Assembly (NCBI GenBank): GCA_013239625.1
Contig: MU053379.1
Location: forward strand, 1,780,866-1,844,865
Origin: Lama guanicoe
Lineage: Eukaryota
Reading direction: 5' to 3'
DNA length: 64,000 nucleotides
Below the pieces are notes generated by a model. It made no database searches. It saw only the letters and a list, made by a program, of their open reading frames with translations, and was not told the DNA's origin. Shown here one piece after another: positions 60,300 through 64,000 of the stretch (position 1 is its first letter; every line of letters begins with the position of its first letter). The translations under genes were made by a program, and so were the position numbers.

Positions 60300-62100
60300 A
60301 GAATTAAACCCTAAAGAATGTCATACGATAGTATGTGTGCATGTATAAATACATATATAAATATAAAGAATTTCAAAATATTTTAGATTGTATAAAGCAA
60401 CATTGACTATATAATATGATCAATTGGCAGGAAATAAAAAAATTAAGTCTTTGAACTTTTGCCAAGGAGAGTAGCTATACTGATTACAAATTTAGTTTAT
60501 TAAGTTAAATACACGTGTTAAAAGTTACAGGGGTTACTAAAATTGTAAGAGTAGAATATATGATTTCGAAACCAATAGATGTAGGCACACACTACCCAAA
60601 GTCACCATTAGTTGGATAAGATTGGATGTTATTATTCATTAAAGTAGATTTTAAGGTAAAAATTATTATTTGGGATAAAGAGTCAATGTTTAATGGTAAG
60701 TTATAAAATTAACTGGAAGATGTAATAGTTTTAAACTTCTAGGCAGTTAATAACATAGTCTCAAAATAACATAAGGCAAAAACTGATGGTTTTCAAGAAG
60801 AAACCGAAAATCTGATGAATGTATAATCATATTGAGAGATATTAAACCAATTTTCTAAGTAACTCATGGATCACATAATAAAAACATCGGTAAAGATAGG
60901 GAAGTTTCAAACAAAGTTTTAATCTAATGGACATATATAGAGAATTATTCTCAAAATATATAGTACATATTATTTTCAACATATACACAACATGTATAGA
61001 ATAGAACATATATCAAGATTTTCCTTGTGCCAGGCCATAATGGAGGGCTCAAAAGATGTCAGCAAACTGACCTCAGGCAGATTAAATTCTTTGATCACTG
61101 AGAGACTTGTAACCTTGTTATATGCAATATGTTACATTATATCATATTACACTGTATTTTATCATATCAGAATAAAGGAAGAGTAAGAAGAAATGAGCTA
61201 ATAGTTCAGTTTAGGAAGTTAGAGGAAAGAACAGTAAATAAATCAAAGAAATTAGAGGGAAAGAAGTCATAAAAGTCAGAGTAGAATCAGTGAAATAGAA
61301 AACTGAGGTGTACGCCACAGGATTACCGGAACCCAGACCTGGTTCTTCATAAAGAGCAGTGAAGCACACAGGCTCCCTGGCCCGCGGGGCAGCACAGAGG
61401 AATACGTCAGGCACGGAAAGGAGCGCACAGGTGCAGCCCGAGCGGAGGGTGAGAGTGACTCTCAGCGCAGGGGGACACGCAGATGAAGTCAACCTTGCTC
61501 ACGAGAGATGTAATTTAACCACAGGACCGAAGAGGAAGCTGAAACCCTGAAGAGCTGCGTGAATTAAACACTTCGATCAGTAGTTTAAAGTGTACCTGTT
61601 CATCTGATGTCATTTCCCTCATGGACAGATTAAAAAGGAAAAGAGAAACACGATCATCTCAGCAGACGCAGCAGAATATTAAAACATTCAAACCTACTGT
61701 CTGTCTCTGTCTCAGTTTCTGTCTCTGGTTCTCCGGCCCTGCAGACCAGGACTCACGGGCAGGCAACGAGTATTGGAACCAGGAAATACACATACAGTCG
61801 TTAATGAAGAGGCATTAAAAGTTTTTGCTTTAAAATTGGGAGTAAGTAAGAGTTTTCTTTATCTCTTGTGATCAGCATTTTATCTGAGGTTGTGGCTGAT
61901 GGGATATGTCAGGAAACAGGGAAGGTGGAGGCATTCCAATGCAAGAAATTAACTTGGTTACAAACACTGTGATTTTCTAATTAAAAAAAGAGACAAAAAA
62001 TACAGACTACTAGAATTAATGAGAAAGTTCTTTCAGATTGCTGGATAGAAGATCAATGTATAAAAGTCGATTTCACATCTGTCCCTCAGTTTCATATAAA
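60300..62100 (+). mobile_element. Highly degraded L1ME-like ORF2
   Basis: aaagtagattttaaggtaaa; taggaagttagaggaaaga; ttaaaattgggagtaag; agattgctggatagaagatcaatgtataaaagtc. Confidence 0.6.
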
Positions 62101-62529
62101 TATGAATTTCACATCTGTTCATCTGTCAGTCACATAGGAATAGAGAAACACATAGCACTGAGAAAGCCAAGCTGATGACTTCACTCAGGTCCTGTCCCCT
62201 CTGTGGGGCCTTCTCCGATCAGGCCACCTTCCTGCTTAGGCTCAGAAACCATCCCTTCTATGTCTCTCTGCACAGCCTCCTACCCACCTTCACCTGAGTT
62301 GCTTCCTCAGGTACTTGGCTTAATAGTGTTTTGACTAAAAGAAAATTAAAAAAGGAAAAAATTTAAATCTGATTGCTGAAACGTCTTCAGCTCTTTATAG
62401 AAATCTACAACTTTCTCAGGACGCTCTTCAGAGGTAAGGGTTTAACTGCCAAGGCAATAATTTGGCGGATGAAAATATGAGGCTTGTAGCCACAGAAATG
62501 TTCATTCCTGGAGACAGAAGACGGTCCCC

Positions 62530-62880
62530 GGTCCTGTCCAGCCCCGTGGCCAGGGGCCCTAGGCAGCCCGCTGAGCCCTTGAACTGTGGATTGCGATGTC
62601 GGTTAGCGTAAGACACCCACCAGGTTTTGAAGACTTAGTTCAAAGGAATGAGAGTATCTCCTTCATAAGTTTGTATTGATTAATTTTGATTAATTTGTAT
62701 TATATGATTAATAAATTTGTATTGATGAGTACTTTTATATTATTGTAATGATACTACTTTTGATATAGGGGTTAATTAAAATGAATCATTAAAATTAATA
62801 ATCCCTTCTCTTTCTCAATGTGGACACGAGAAAACTTGTTACACATGGGGCTTGCGTGCGTGGCTTCTGCCGTGCAGCAC
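62530..62880 (-). mobile_element. MER33-like hAT-Charlie DNA transposon
   Basis: ctgtcca...ccaggttttgaagacttagt...ggttaattaaaat...attaaaattaat...aatgtgg...gaaaa...ttacacatg, matching the reverse complement of MER33 as recalled. Confidence 0.7.
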
Positions 62881-63299
62881 CCTCTAGGTTTCTGATTCCT
62901 GACTGTGTGGTTGGGGTGAGCGCTTCACTTTCTCCCCGGCTCTTTTCCTCCTTTGTAAATAGGGGTGGTAAGGGTCTCATGGACTTAGATCGTTGAGAGG
63001 AGTCAGCGGAGAGATCCGTTCCCCGAACAAATACTTGATAAACGGTAGAGCTTGATAAATGGCCTCTGAGATAAAGGTAGTACCTGCACCGAATGGTTTT
63101 GTTTCTTGTTTGTCTGTTTTTGTTCTGGAGCACAGCGTAGTCCCTGAAACGGGAAAAAAGCACGCGAAAAAGGTCCCGGGGAAAATCGACCCCATTGCTG
63201 GCGTCTTGCCTGTTTGTCAGAGGCAGGGATCCGGACCAACCTCTGGGCAGTTTTGCTATTTGTCTTCTTAATGAGCTACTTTGAGAGAGAACTCTGAGT

Positions 63300-64000
63300 G
63301 CCTGACATCCTTTTAATCCCGCCGTGTTTGTGCAGAATGTAAACGTGACCATGTGAGCTGGAACCATGCAAAGAATCCTGATAACGAGAAGAATTGTGAT
63401 GGTTTTGTGAACTCTGAAGATTTGTGTCACATCATTAAAACCTGTCTTACTGTCAGTTGTAAACGTATAGTGAAATGGGGACTAGTAAAACTAATGTTCA
63501 CCTAGTACACTCCACTGAAAATGTTAGAAATATTGAGAATTAAAGGGTTTCATTTCTTTGTGAAGAAACATACCGAGAGCTGTTGAAATCGCTGTGCGTG
63601 TAATACGGGCTGAGCGTCTTTTCTGCGCTTCGGCAAGTTGTCGTAGCACGTTCTGAGTTTGGATCAGCCTCTAGCATCTTGTCTTCTGCACGTTCCGGGG
63701 TCAGGAGGTATCTCTGAGAGCTCCCTTAGGGTGAAGCTTTTTGCCGGCCTCGCCGCCTCCAGGACGCCTTCATCCTGTCTGTCACAACCACTCCCTTCAT
63801 TGGTGCCGCGATGTTCATCTTCCCGGAGTCCCTCCGGCTGCGTCTCTGGAGCCTCTCCATCCACGGGGGTGCGAGCATCCCCGTGTGCGGCCGTTTCTCC
63901 TGCGGCTCCGTTTCTGCTGTGTCCACGTTCCTCCGCCAGCGTTACCGCTTTTCATTTCTCTGCCACACTTTCATCTTGCTGGTCAGTTCCTCCTTTTGAT
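63300..64000 (-). mobile_element. MER82-like Tigger (TcMar) DNA transposon, runs off the right edge
   Basis: Reverse complement: caagatgaaagtg...gaaatgaaaagcggtaacgctgg...gtggttgtgac...aggatgaag...ccggcaaaaagcttcac...ggctgatccaaact; ORF 63664-63864 ETQPEGLRED...AKSFTLRELSEI is a Tigger C-terminal remnant. Confidence 0.8.

Larger units (their letters stand above)
27067..64000 (+). other. Probable intron 1 of the SLC24A3-type gene (partial)
   Basis: Starts GTGAGT; no NCKX3 exon-2 peptide (recalled as LDLMDLVGEDRKWMMARKLMQ...NCTEP) seen downstream; mammalian SLC24A3 has very long 5' introns; repeat-rich. Confidence 0.7.

Noticed and set aside
1..64000. CRISPR arrays, prokaryotic operons, intact retrovirus or transposase genes
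   Set aside because: No regularly spaced repeat-spacer array or intact long coding ORF seen. The sequence is mammalian and all transposon ORFs are fragmented.

Overview
Mammalian genomic DNA, very probably camelid: five tRNA-Ala-derived SINE copies look like the camelid Vic-1 family. The first ~20 kb is AT-rich and mostly ancient and younger LINE-1, with MaLR LTRs. At ~20.1-21.0 kb there is a small CpG-rich island with a perfect CTCF core. A large CpG island (~26.1-27.7 kb) holds the first coding exon of an SLC24A3 (NCKX3, K+-dependent Na+/Ca2+ exchanger)-type gene on the + strand: MPSPDEEDRERRRSRRRDLLLSQISFLALVALLLWSLSSMQEHD, followed by a phase-1 GTGAGT donor. The rest of the window appears to be its long first intron (HAL1, L1, L2, MIR, MLT1, LTR33, MER5/MER33/MER82, and two ~0.5-kb dinucleotide-like tracts). 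I found no exon 2. I cannot demonstrate a new biological system. The best leads are: (1) this exon differs from my recollection of human/mouse NCKX3 almost only by amino-acid-changing substitutions, suggesting a fast-evolving paralog; (2) an in-frame, strong-Kozak upstream ATG would add a 95-aa acidic N-terminus; (3) a candidate poison exon abuts a UG-rich tract; (4) old repeats show apparent GC-biased drift. Repeat family names and human/mouse comparisons come from memory, not from searches, and most repeat boundaries are approximate.
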